From the NCBI GenBank assembly GCA_044439825.1, contig JBITAB010000092.1, positions 1 to 47,064 on the forward strand: a stretch of DNA of 47,064 nucleotides, in the 5' to 3' direction. This stretch comes from Phycisphaerales bacterium JB064. GTDB lineage: Bacteria; Planctomycetota; Phycisphaerae; Phycisphaerales; UBA1924. The notes below the pieces were generated by a model. The model was given only the letters and a program-made list of their open reading frames with translations. It was not told the origin of the DNA and did not search any database. Positions 39,999 to 47,064 of the stretch are shown here, in pieces. The first letter of the stretch is position 1. Every line of letters begins with the position of its first letter. Made by a program: the position numbers and the translations under genes.

Positions 39999-42900
39999 TG
40001 CCACCCACATTCGAGCAGGACATCTCGGCCATCCTGGCCGAGAGCGATCCTGCGCGCCGTCGCCTCCTGGCCGCCAAGATGATCGATTCGGGCCAGTACA
40101 CGGGGATGACGACCAATCAGGCCCGGCAGGTGATCGACCTCGTGGCCCAGCGCGACACCATCCCCTACGCGCAGGCGGCATCGGAGATTCGCAGTGCATA
40201 CGCCGACATCATGCAGCAGACGCCGGTGCAAGCGCCTCCCCGCTCGATGGACCGCTCGGTGCAACGCGGCGCGTTGGTCCAGCAGGCCCAGCTTGACGCG
40301 GCCGTTCGCGGCGGCGGGGTCCAACTGCCAGCGCCGTACTACGCCGGGCCAGAGGCGGGCCGTGAGGCGTACCAGAAGCGGTTCTACCAGTCGCAAGGGG
40401 CCAATGAGCAGGGCATGATCCCGCGCCAGCGCGGCAACCTCGCGGCGTCGCTCCTGGGCGTCGAGGGCGGGCGGGCGTGGTACACCGACCCGGCAGGCAC
40501 GGCCGTGGCGATCGCCGGCGGGATGGGCGTCGAGCCGGGTGCGAGCATCGGGTACAACCTGATGCGAGAAGTGGGCGATCCCCAGTGGCAGACGCCAGAG
40601 CAGGCTTCGGCGTCGGTCATGCGCAATCAGGCGGCGGCTGGCCCTGTCCGGTTCATCCGCGGCAAGCAGGCCGAGAACATGGCCGGGTCGATCCTGGGTA
40701 CGCTGGGCGGGTACGCCGGTGCTGCCGGCGCTGGTGGCAAGGCCGGTGCGCGGGCGACCGCCGCTCTTGGGCGCGGCGGGGCCCGCACGGCCGCTCGCGT
40801 GGCTGGTGCCGTCGCGGGCGAGAACCTGGGCGTCGGGCTCCAGGCTGGCGTGCTCGAGGCTGGGCGCACGATGGACGCGGGCGCTGGTGCACGCGCGGGC
40901 TGGGAGGCCACGACGCCTGGCGTGGTCGCGTCGGTGGCGACAAAGCTGGCTCGCGGGCAGCAGGTGGCCCCACTGGAGTGGGCGGACCTTGGCCTGTCCG
41001 TGGGCTTCGACGGGCTCAGCGTGTTCCAGGCGATGCGCGCGGTCGGCCTGCCCGAGCAGGTGGCCAAGCAGGCGGCAGATCAGACGGTGGCGGCCAAGGA
41101 GTTGCTGGCCCTGCCGCCGGGGCGTCGGGCTATCAACGTCGATCCTCAGGGCAACGTCGTTGGCGAGAGCGCGATGCCACCGACCGTCTACGAGCCTGCG
41201 CGGACGCGGGCGACGATGGTTGGCGACACGGGGCAGGCGCGGCCGGGCGTGGCCGAGCGAACGCAGGTGCCTCGTGGCCGTCCAGATCCGAAGCCGAAGG
41301 GACCGTACCGCGTTGAGCCCGAGCCCGAGCCGTTGTTCGCCCAGCGGGCCGAGACGCCCAGCCTGACGCGGCAGAACATCGACGACGTTCTGATCGCCAA
41401 GGCCGAGGAGACCGGCGTTCTCAGGTCGGCAGACGATATCGAGGCCCAACTGCGCGACGAGCTTGGAAGCGAGTTCACCACGCGCTTCGCGGGCCCGATG
41501 CCGACCGAGTTGAAGCAGGCCCTTGAGGGCAGGCCGCACCTTCGCACGCTGATTCGGACCAACGAGCCGCAGGCCATCGGAGAGGACGTTCTTGGCCGCA
41601 TCGGCACGGACAGGTTCGTGTCCTACCTCGAGCAGATGGGCGAGAGCCGTGGTCGGGCGGCTGCCGAGGGCCTGGAGGGCTTCACGGACCCGGACATCGA
41701 CTGGCTCGTCCATGCCCGCACTGTTGCACAGCCCAACGAGCGCATGGCGATGGTGCAGGCCGACGCACTCAAGCCTGGGGCGACCTTCAAGCTCGGCGGC
41801 GAGAGCTACACGGTGGCCGAGCGTGGCGGCGACCTGGTGGCCATCGACGCCGATGGCGGTGTGCGAGGCATCATGGGGCAGGTGCCCATCACGCGCGGGA
41901 GCCTGGGCGATGCCAGCCCGCAGGCGGCGTTGGACGCGCTCAAGCGTGCCGACGACTTCGAGTTGAGCGATCCCGGCTTCGACGATCCGTTCTTCCATGC
42001 CCCGAACACCCAGAGCCGTCTGGTGCGAGCCGAGCCCGAGCAGATGCAGGGCGCTGGGTTCGAGCAGGTGGCGACCATGAACACCAAGGAAGCCGCCAAC
42101 GCGTGGATTAAGAGGCACGAGTCTGAGGGCGGCCCGACCCACATGGTGGTCGAGAAGGGCGGCAAGTACGCCGTCATGCGTGGCGGCACGCTGCCGACGC
42201 TCATGGTGGCGATGGGCCTTGGCGCTGTGGCCAAGGGCATCAGCGAGGCCAACAGCCCAGAGGAGGCCGAGGCGGCCATCCAGGCGGCGGGCATGGGCGA
42301 CATGGACCTGAGCGACCCGTGGGTGTGGGCCGCTCTTGGCGCTGTGGCGATCGCCGGCGTTGGCGCTGCAGGCCGCAAGGCGGGCAAGCGCATTCCCGGC
42401 ACGGGCGTCCCGGTCGAGGCCACCAAGTCCACGGCCAAGCTCGGCCGCGAACTCCTCCAGGCCAACACCATGCCCATCCTGGATAGGCTGGGATCGAAGG
42501 CCCCCAAGGGCAAGGGGGGAGAGGCAACGCGGGCGTTCGTCGAGAAGGCCAAGGCCGCGACCGACGAGGCGAACCAGAACGTCCGGCGGATCAAGGCCGA
42601 GATCATCGACCCGGTGGCCAAGCGGCTGAACACGGGCAACCCGGCCAAGGCCCCTGTCGCCATGCGGGCGCGGGCCGAGCTCGAACACCTGGAACTGCTG
42701 GCCGAGGTCGATGGCGTCAAGGCGTACGAGACGCGGGGACAGCGGCTCATCGAGGGTCACGAGCCTGAGGACGGGTTTGGGAAGATCGGCCGACAGTACA
42801 AGCAGACCTACAACCGCGCCTACAAGGAAACCGGCCGCATCATGGAGGAATCTGGCCTCGAAATCGAGGTCATCGGCAAGGACGGCAAGCCAGAACTGGT

Positions 42901-44962
42901 CCCATTCAAGCAGCAGGGCGATCCCAAGTGGGTCCGCAACTTCTCGCCCGACCTGATCCACGCGCTCATGCAGGGCGGCGAGTTCGGCCGCGAGGTCGTC
43001 ATCGCCGTGTCCAAGGTGCTGGCCAAGGCCAACAAGGGCGACGAGGCCGTGGGCGAGTGGACACGCATCGCCAAGGCTATCGAGGACAGCTACAGGGGCG
43101 GTCAGACCGACACGGGCAAGATCATCCGCACGGTCAACGCCGAGCACATTCGCACGATCGATCGGATGCCAGCGGTGATCCGATTCATGCACGATGGCGA
43201 GATGCGTACGGTCCACCTGCTGGAGACCGACCCTGTACGCCAGTTGAACACGATGGCCGAGAAGGCCGCCGGTCGCGCGGCTGTCGCCAAGCACATCGGC
43301 TACGAGCGGTCTACCGGGTACGGGCGCGAGAAGTCGCTGGCCGACATGCGCGAGAGCATCAAGGGCGAGACACAGGCTGGCGGGGTGAGGCTCTATGACG
43401 AGACGATGCGAAGCCTGTCCGGGCTCCCGCTCTCCCAGCACATGCGGATGCAGTGGGAAGCTGGCGGCCGCGCCGAATCGACCGCCAAGGTGCTCCGATC
43501 GATGTTCGGGGCGCTCCGGGCCTTCGGCCTCTCCGCTGCGTTCATCCCCAACATGCTTGAGCCCGTTGGCCTGGGGCGCGTGCAGTTTGGCAACAAGCGT
43601 TTCGTTCAGGCTCTTGCCACGCTGGTGACGCATCCGAGGGCTCTGGTCGAGGAGATGCGGCGCGATGGCGTGCTGGACATCGACCGGCCCCAGTGGTACG
43701 GGCGCTCCCGCTCTCTGACCGAGGGCGATGACCTGGGCAACTTCGGCATCATCAGCGAGAGCATGATTAACAGCGTTGCCCGCGCGTTCGGCCAGCCCAC
43801 CAAGATGGCCAACGGCTTCGCGGCCGTCATGGCCGGGGCGATGGGCCGGCAGATGGAGATCGACCTGCGCAACGGTCGGGCGACCTGGATGGACAAGGCC
43901 CGTCTGAAGATCATGGGCTTCAGCGACGCCCAGATCGAGCAGATGGCCTCTGGCACGGCTCCTGACGCCCTCTACAAGTCGCTCCTCTCCCGGTCGGCCC
44001 GTTACGTCACGGGCTCGGGCAGCAAGCCTCACGAGTTGAGCATGGCGGCCAACACGCCCGAGTATCGGGCGGTCCTGTGGTTCGACCACTGGCGGCAGCA
44101 CATCTTCAACCGCACCGGACGCATCCTGGCGGCGATGCTTGGCCCCGGCAGCACCAAGCCCGAGCGGGCGGCGGCGGCAATCATGGCGGCGGACCTGGGC
44201 ATCGGCGCGGCGACGGCTGGCCTGGGCGGCATCTGGCTCAAGGCCCTGCTGTTCGGCGGCGTGGACGGGCTCGAGACCGAGTGGAATCGCTCCAAGCAGG
44301 AGTTGTCCGGCGAGGAGGGCGCTGCTGCCGTGGGCCGGTTCTTCGCCCGGACCTTCGAAGCCTACTTCGGCGGGCCCATGTACAGCGCCGGCATCAGCGT
44401 GATGGACGACGGGGCCACGAGCGAAGACCTGCTTCGAGCCTCGGGTGGCCTTGGCGCGTCTTTCGATCTGTTCAACTTCTTCACCGGGCAGGGCCGTTAC
44501 GCCCATCTGCCGCTGCACGAGCAGACCGACCTGCTGCTGCGGAGCCGCACGCCCTTGTACCGCGGCATGAGCGACTGGCTGGCCGCGCACGCCCTGGGCG
44601 ACGACAACCCGGCTTATGACGCGGCCAAGCGTGAGGTCTACCGCTACCTGCGGGACCACGACCTGATCAGCAGCGTGCAGGCCAGCGAGGCTGGCGAGTT
44701 CACGGTCGGCATGCGCCGCGCCCGCCGCTTCATCATGGCTGGCGAGTACGAGAAGGCCCGAGAGGCGATGATCGACGCGGCACAGAGTGACGGCCGCAAC
44801 TGGGATCAGGTGCGTCAGAGCCTTCTGGGCATGCGCATCCTGCCCCGTATCCCACTTCAAGACCGTGCCAAGCACCTGCAAGCCATCCGAGCTCGACTGG
44901 GCGAGGACGGGTACGCGCGCGTGCTCATGCACGATCGACTTCTGGAGGCGATGGCGCGATGA
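39998..44962 (+). CDS. giant internal virion/ejection protein (or tape-measure-like), 1654 aa
   Basis: Track ORF. Its start overlaps the upstream stop. Its size and its position after two smaller internal proteins parallel T7 gp14-gp15-gp16. No catalytic motif was recognised. Confidence 0.75.
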   Translation: MPPTFEQDISAILAESDPARRRLLAAKMIDSGQYTGMTTNQARQVIDLVAQRDTIPYAQAASEIRSAYADIMQQTPVQAPPRSMDRSVQRGALVQQAQLDAAVRGGGVQLPAPYYAGPEAGREAYQKRFYQSQGANEQGMIPRQRGNLAASLLGVEGGRAWYTDPAGTAVAIAGGMGVEPGASIGYNLMREVGDPQWQTPEQASASVMRNQAAAGPVRFIRGKQAENMAGSILGTLGGYAGAAGAGGKAGARATAALGRGGARTAARVAGAVAGENLGVGLQAGVLEAGRTMDAGAGARAGWEATTPGVVASVATKLARGQQVAPLEWADLGLSVGFDGLSVFQAMRAVGLPEQVAKQAADQTVAAKELLALPPGRRAINVDPQGNVVGESAMPPTVYEPARTRATMVGDTGQARPGVAERTQVPRGRPDPKPKGPYRVEPEPEPLFAQRAETPSLTRQNIDDVLIAKAEETGVLRSADDIEAQLRDELGSEFTTRFAGPMPTELKQALEGRPHLRTLIRTNEPQAIGEDVLGRIGTDRFVSYLEQMGESRGRAAAEGLEGFTDPDIDWLVHARTVAQPNERMAMVQADALKPGATFKLGGESYTVAERGGDLVAIDADGGVRGIMGQVPITRGSLGDASPQAALDALKRADDFELSDPGFDDPFFHAPNTQSRLVRAEPEQMQGAGFEQVATMNTKEAANAWIKRHESEGGPTHMVVEKGGKYAVMRGGTLPTLMVAMGLGAVAKGISEANSPEEAEAAIQAAGMGDMDLSDPWVWAALGAVAIAGVGAAGRKAGKRIPGTGVPVEATKSTAKLGRELLQANTMPILDRLGSKAPKGKGGEATRAFVEKAKAATDEANQNVRRIKAEIIDPVAKRLNTGNPAKAPVAMRARAELEHLELLAEVDGVKAYETRGQRLIEGHEPEDGFGKIGRQYKQTYNRAYKETGRIMEESGLEIEVIGKDGKPELVPFKQQGDPKWVRNFSPDLIHALMQGGEFGREVVIAVSKVLAKANKGDEAVGEWTRIAKAIEDSYRGGQTDTGKIIRTVNAEHIRTIDRMPAVIRFMHDGEMRTVHLLETDPVRQLNTMAEKAAGRAAVAKHIGYERSTGYGREKSLADMRESIKGETQAGGVRLYDETMRSLSGLPLSQHMRMQWEAGGRAESTAKVLRSMFGALRAFGLSAAFIPNMLEPVGLGRVQFGNKRFVQALATLVTHPRALVEEMRRDGVLDIDRPQWYGRSRSLTEGDDLGNFGIISESMINSVARAFGQPTKMANGFAAVMAGAMGRQMEIDLRNGRATWMDKARLKIMGFSDAQIEQMASGTAPDALYKSLLSRSARYVTGSGSKPHELSMAANTPEYRAVLWFDHWRQHIFNRTGRILAAMLGPGSTKPERAAAAIMAADLGIGAATAGLGGIWLKALLFGGVDGLETEWNRSKQELSGEEGAAAVGRFFARTFEAYFGGPMYSAGISVMDDGATSEDLLRASGGLGASFDLFNFFTGQGRYAHLPLHEQTDLLLRSRTPLYRGMSDWLAAHALGDDNPAYDAAKREVYRYLRDHDLISSVQASEAGEFTVGMRRARRFIMAGEYEKAREAMIDAAQSDGRNWDQVRQSLLGMRILPRIPLQDRAKHLQAIRARLGEDGYARVLMHDRLLEAMAR

Positions 44963-45273
44963 CTGACCATGAATTGCAGATCCAGAACGACATCCTGAGC
45001 AAGATGGCGCTGCTGGTACGAATCGGATGGGTGGTCGCCAGTGGCATCGTCGTGATCCTCTTGTTCGTGATTGGCGTGGCGTTCGCCGCTGGCGTGTGGG
45101 CGGCCGAGACAAAGAAGGACATTGAGTCCATCGCCAAATCCGACGAAAAGCAGGACGCGATCATCGAGAGAATCGACGCCTCGTATTTTCGCAAGGACCA
45201 CATTCCGCTTGCGGCGCGTGAGTTCGCGCGTGAGTTCGCAAGCGAGTGGGCCAAGGTGTACAAGGGGAACTGA
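44959..45273 (+). CDS. membrane protein (TM helix plus coiled coil)
   Basis: Track ORF with an ATGA overlap. The hydrophobic stretch reads LLVRIGWVVASGIVVILLFVIGVAFAAGVWA. Confidence 0.7.
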   Translation: MTDHELQIQNDILSKMALLVRIGWVVASGIVVILLFVIGVAFAAGVWAAETKKDIESIAKSDEKQDAIIERIDASYFRKDHIPLAAREFAREFASEWAKVYKGN

Positions 45274-45275
45274 AG

Positions 45276-45509
45276 ATGTGCGATCTCCCAGAGCGGCAGT
45301 TTGAGCAGCCTCCGGCTGGTGCAAGCGATGATCTTCAACTCTGCTACCTCGCGGCCGAGGGAACCTATGCCGACGACCGAGAGGCGTGCCGCATCGGCAA
45401 CAGCCCGTCGTGCCAGGACAAGCTCGACTGCGAAGCAGCGGCGTGGGCGAAGTACGAGCAGGCCCTTTCGTTCTGCCGCACGGCGTACGGAAATGGGAGC
45501 TCTAACTGA
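45276..45509 (+). CDS. small Cys-rich protein (77 aa)
   Basis: This is the inner part of track ORF 45246..45509. The ATG at 45276 is preceded by AAGGGGAACTGAAG. It has six cysteines. Confidence 0.55.
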   Translation: MCDLPERQFEQPPAGASDDLQLCYLAAEGTYADDREACRIGNSPSCQDKLDCEAAAWAKYEQALSFCRTAYGNGSSN

Positions 45510-47064
45510 TGGCGACGGGCGATCCCACCGGCGTGGAAGTGCTGGCGGACGGGTGGCGTGTGCGCGTGCGCTTCGAGGGTCTGGCGGCGCTCGTTGGCAC
45601 GGCGGCCGTGGCCGACTTCGTCGCCGGCTTCGACTCGGACGAGGTCCCGACGACCGACGCGGCCAACTTCTACCTGACCGTCACGAGCGAGGGCTACGAC
45701 GCGACGGGCACGCTGGGCACGATCGAGCGCATCGTGTACGTCACGCGGGCCATGCGTCAGGAGTATCCGAATCAGGCGAGTCTGGAGGCGTCGTCCGACT
45801 CCGGCGACATGCTCGTGGACTTCGCCCTGTCGGCCTACGTGCACGACGACGACACGGCCACGAGCACGATCAAGAGCGGGCTGCACGCGAGCACCAACGC
45901 CGGCACGCCCACGGTCACGAACAATTCGACGGTGGACTACCCGCCCGTCACGCGCTTCAAGTTCGCCACCGAGCCCGGACAGCGGCTGAGCGGCACCTTC
46001 GAGCCGGCCGTGTCGGTGGGCCACGCCTACGCCCAGCAGGGCCGGGCCGTGGCGGCGGTGGAGTTCACGCTGACCGACAGTAGCGCCAACAGCGTGTCGC
46101 AGGTGGTGACGGCCAGCGAGGCGGACCAGAGCGTGCGCGACCCGGACCTGCCCCTGCGCGTCGAGGTGTTTCGGGCTTCGTTGGATACGTCCTCGCTGGA
46201 CGACGACGAGGCAGCGACGCTTCGGGTGCGCGTGTTCCCCTGGGTGGGCGACGCCGACACGATCCTCGATACCAACGGTGGTACGTTCCCAGATGAGCGG
46301 GCCAACCAGCCGCACCACATCGGCGGCACGGTCTACTACGCCTATGCCCAGGTCGGGGCCGGCGGCGGCACGGTGAGCACGACGGCGGCGACGGCCCAGG
46401 CGGACCCATACCCGAGCATCTGGGATGCCCGCAACGCCCTGAACAGCGCGGCTGGGTCGCTCAACAACTGCGTCATTCGCTGCATCGGTGGCAGCCATGC
46501 GTGGGGCCGAGATTCCTTTGCCGGTGTCGCGGCGGCCAACTCGGCTTTCGTGATCATCGAGACCGATCCAGACGAGGCGAGCAACGCCACCATAACGACG
46601 ACCGAGGCGACGAGCAACGAGATTCGCTGCGCCCGTGTCTGGCTCCGGGACATCAACATCACGCCCGCTGGCTCGGTGTCCAACTTCTTTGCCAGCGTCG
46701 GCTCGTCGGACCTGTACCAGCTCTCCAGGTGTGTCGTCACGCACTCGGGCAGCGGCACGGTATTCAAGGCATCGGCGGTCGAATACTTCCGGGCCTACGA
46801 CTGCCTGCTGGTCAACATGATCGCGTCGTTCACGACCGATGCGTACATGACCGAGTGGCAGAACTGCGAGCACTCGGTCAACATCAACGCGGCCAATATC
46901 CACGGCGGATGGTTCGACGAGGCCAGCAACTTCGGCGGCTCGTCGGTGTTCAGCACGTCTTCGGCGGCGACGTTCTGCCTGACCAACATCAGAATGCAGA
47001 ACGACGCGGCGGCGATCATCAGCCTCGGGCACGCAATCACCAACTCGTACATCGGCCACTCGGT
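45509..47064 (+). CDS. tailspike / receptor-binding protein, beta-helix-like, 3' end beyond window
   Basis: Hand-translated; it is missing from the ORF track because it has no stop in the window. The ATG at 45509 overlaps the upstream stop (TGATG). More than 518 codons have strongly G/C-ending third positions. Translation reads MATGDPTGVEVLADGWRVRVRFEG... Periodic motifs NCVIRCIGGSH, ARVWLRDINIT, RCVVTHSGSG and CLTNIRMQND are typical of parallel beta-helix spikes. Confidence 0.75.
   Translation, partial: MATGDPTGVEVLADGWRVRVRFEGLAALVGTAAVADFVAGFDSDEVPTTDAANFYLTVTSEGYDATGTLGTIERIVYVTRAMRQEYPNQASLEASSDSGDMLVDFALSAYVHDDDTATSTIKSGLHASTNAGTPTVTNNSTVDYPPVTRFKFATEPGQRLSGTFEPAVSVGHAYAQQGRAVAAVEFTLTDSSANSVSQVVTASEADQSVRDPDLPLRVEVFRASLDTSSLDDDEAATLRVRVFPWVGDADTILDTNGGTFPDERANQPHHIGGTVYYAYAQVGAGGGTVSTTAATAQADPYPSIWDARNALNSAAGSLNNCVIRCIGGSHAWGRDSFAGVAAANSAFVIIETDPDEASNATITTTEATSNEIRCARVWLRDINITPAGSVSNFFASVGSSDLYQLSRCVVTHSGSGTVFKASAVEYFRAYDCLLVNMIASFTTDAYMTEWQNCEHSVNINAANIHGGWFDEASNFGGSSVFSTSSAATFCLTNIRMQNDAAAIISLGHAITNSYIGHS

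Noticed and set aside
39620-45112. 1830-aa minus-strand ORF, together with similar long antisense ORFs (31090-34860 -, 21053-23383 -, 19641-21251 -, 26432-27892 -, 27549-29348 -, 29436-30758 -, 35169-36299 -, 35828-37210 -, 37228-38727 -, 38685-40199 -, 45365-47059 -)
   Set aside because: These are shadow ORFs opposite well-supported plus-strand genes. Their translations are Arg/Ala/Gly/Pro/His-rich low-complexity sequence, they have no SDs, and GC-rich DNA lacks stops in the antisense frame.
45301-46083. 260-aa plus-strand ORF overlapping the spike region
   Set aside because: It is off-frame relative to the open-ended frame starting at 45509, which has much stronger third-position GC bias and a coupled start. 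The translation is Arg/Gly-rich shadow sequence.
1-47064. DnaA boxes (TTATCCACA-like) as targets for the DnaA-IV-like protein; a reverse transcriptase/DGR; toxin-antitoxin pairs; known defence-system signatures
   Set aside because: Scanning by eye found no canonical DnaA box, no RT motifs (YxDD), no template/variable repeat pair, and no recognisable defence or TA proteins. Absence by eye is not proof.

Overview
GC-rich (about 60-65% by eye) phage or prophage segment. No host housekeeping genes are visible and both window edges cut through phage genes. There are three blocks. (1) 1-13.5 kb is a single leftward (minus-strand) early operon. It carries many small unknown genes, a dockerin/EF-hand-repeat protein, a RusA resolvase, a replication initiator with an ori-like repeat cluster inside it, a RecT - SSB - YqaJ-exonuclease recombination module, and a tyrosine integrase embedded mid-operon. 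(2) 13.5-16.3 kb is a switch-like region. It holds two divergent sigma70-like promoters that share a conserved box, about 1.2 kb of apparently non-coding DNA with short repeats, three genes that look leaderless, two non-canonical tRNA-like elements, and tRNA-Asp(GUC) plus tRNA-Arg(CCU). (3) 16.3-47 kb is a rightward packaging and morphogenesis operon. It runs through HTH and DnaA-domain-IV-like DNA-binding proteins, small and large terminase, portal, scaffold, major capsid, decoration-like protein, adaptor- and nozzle-like tail proteins, three Q-rich or giant internal virion proteins, and a beta-helix tailspike that runs off the window. The gene order resembles a T7-like podovirus. The most unusual content is a five-enzyme sugar-modification set split into two islands inside the structural operon. 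The first (GT2, small membrane protein, GT9-like, SAM methyltransferase) is translationally coupled to the portal gene. The second (two tandem GT9-like genes) is coupled to a tail protein that ends in an (SG)n tail. Other signals not explained by ordinary annotation are an invariant 11-mer CAACTTGAGGA in front of eight early genes, a thrice-repeated promoter/operator-like box, and a 300-nt G-rich repeat region upstream of the packaging genes. The supplied ORF track omits ORFs without a stop in the window and ORFs under 60 aa, so I added both edge genes and a few short ORFs by hand. Many long track ORFs are antisense shadows typical of GC-rich DNA. All functional calls rest on motifs read by eye; no searches were run.
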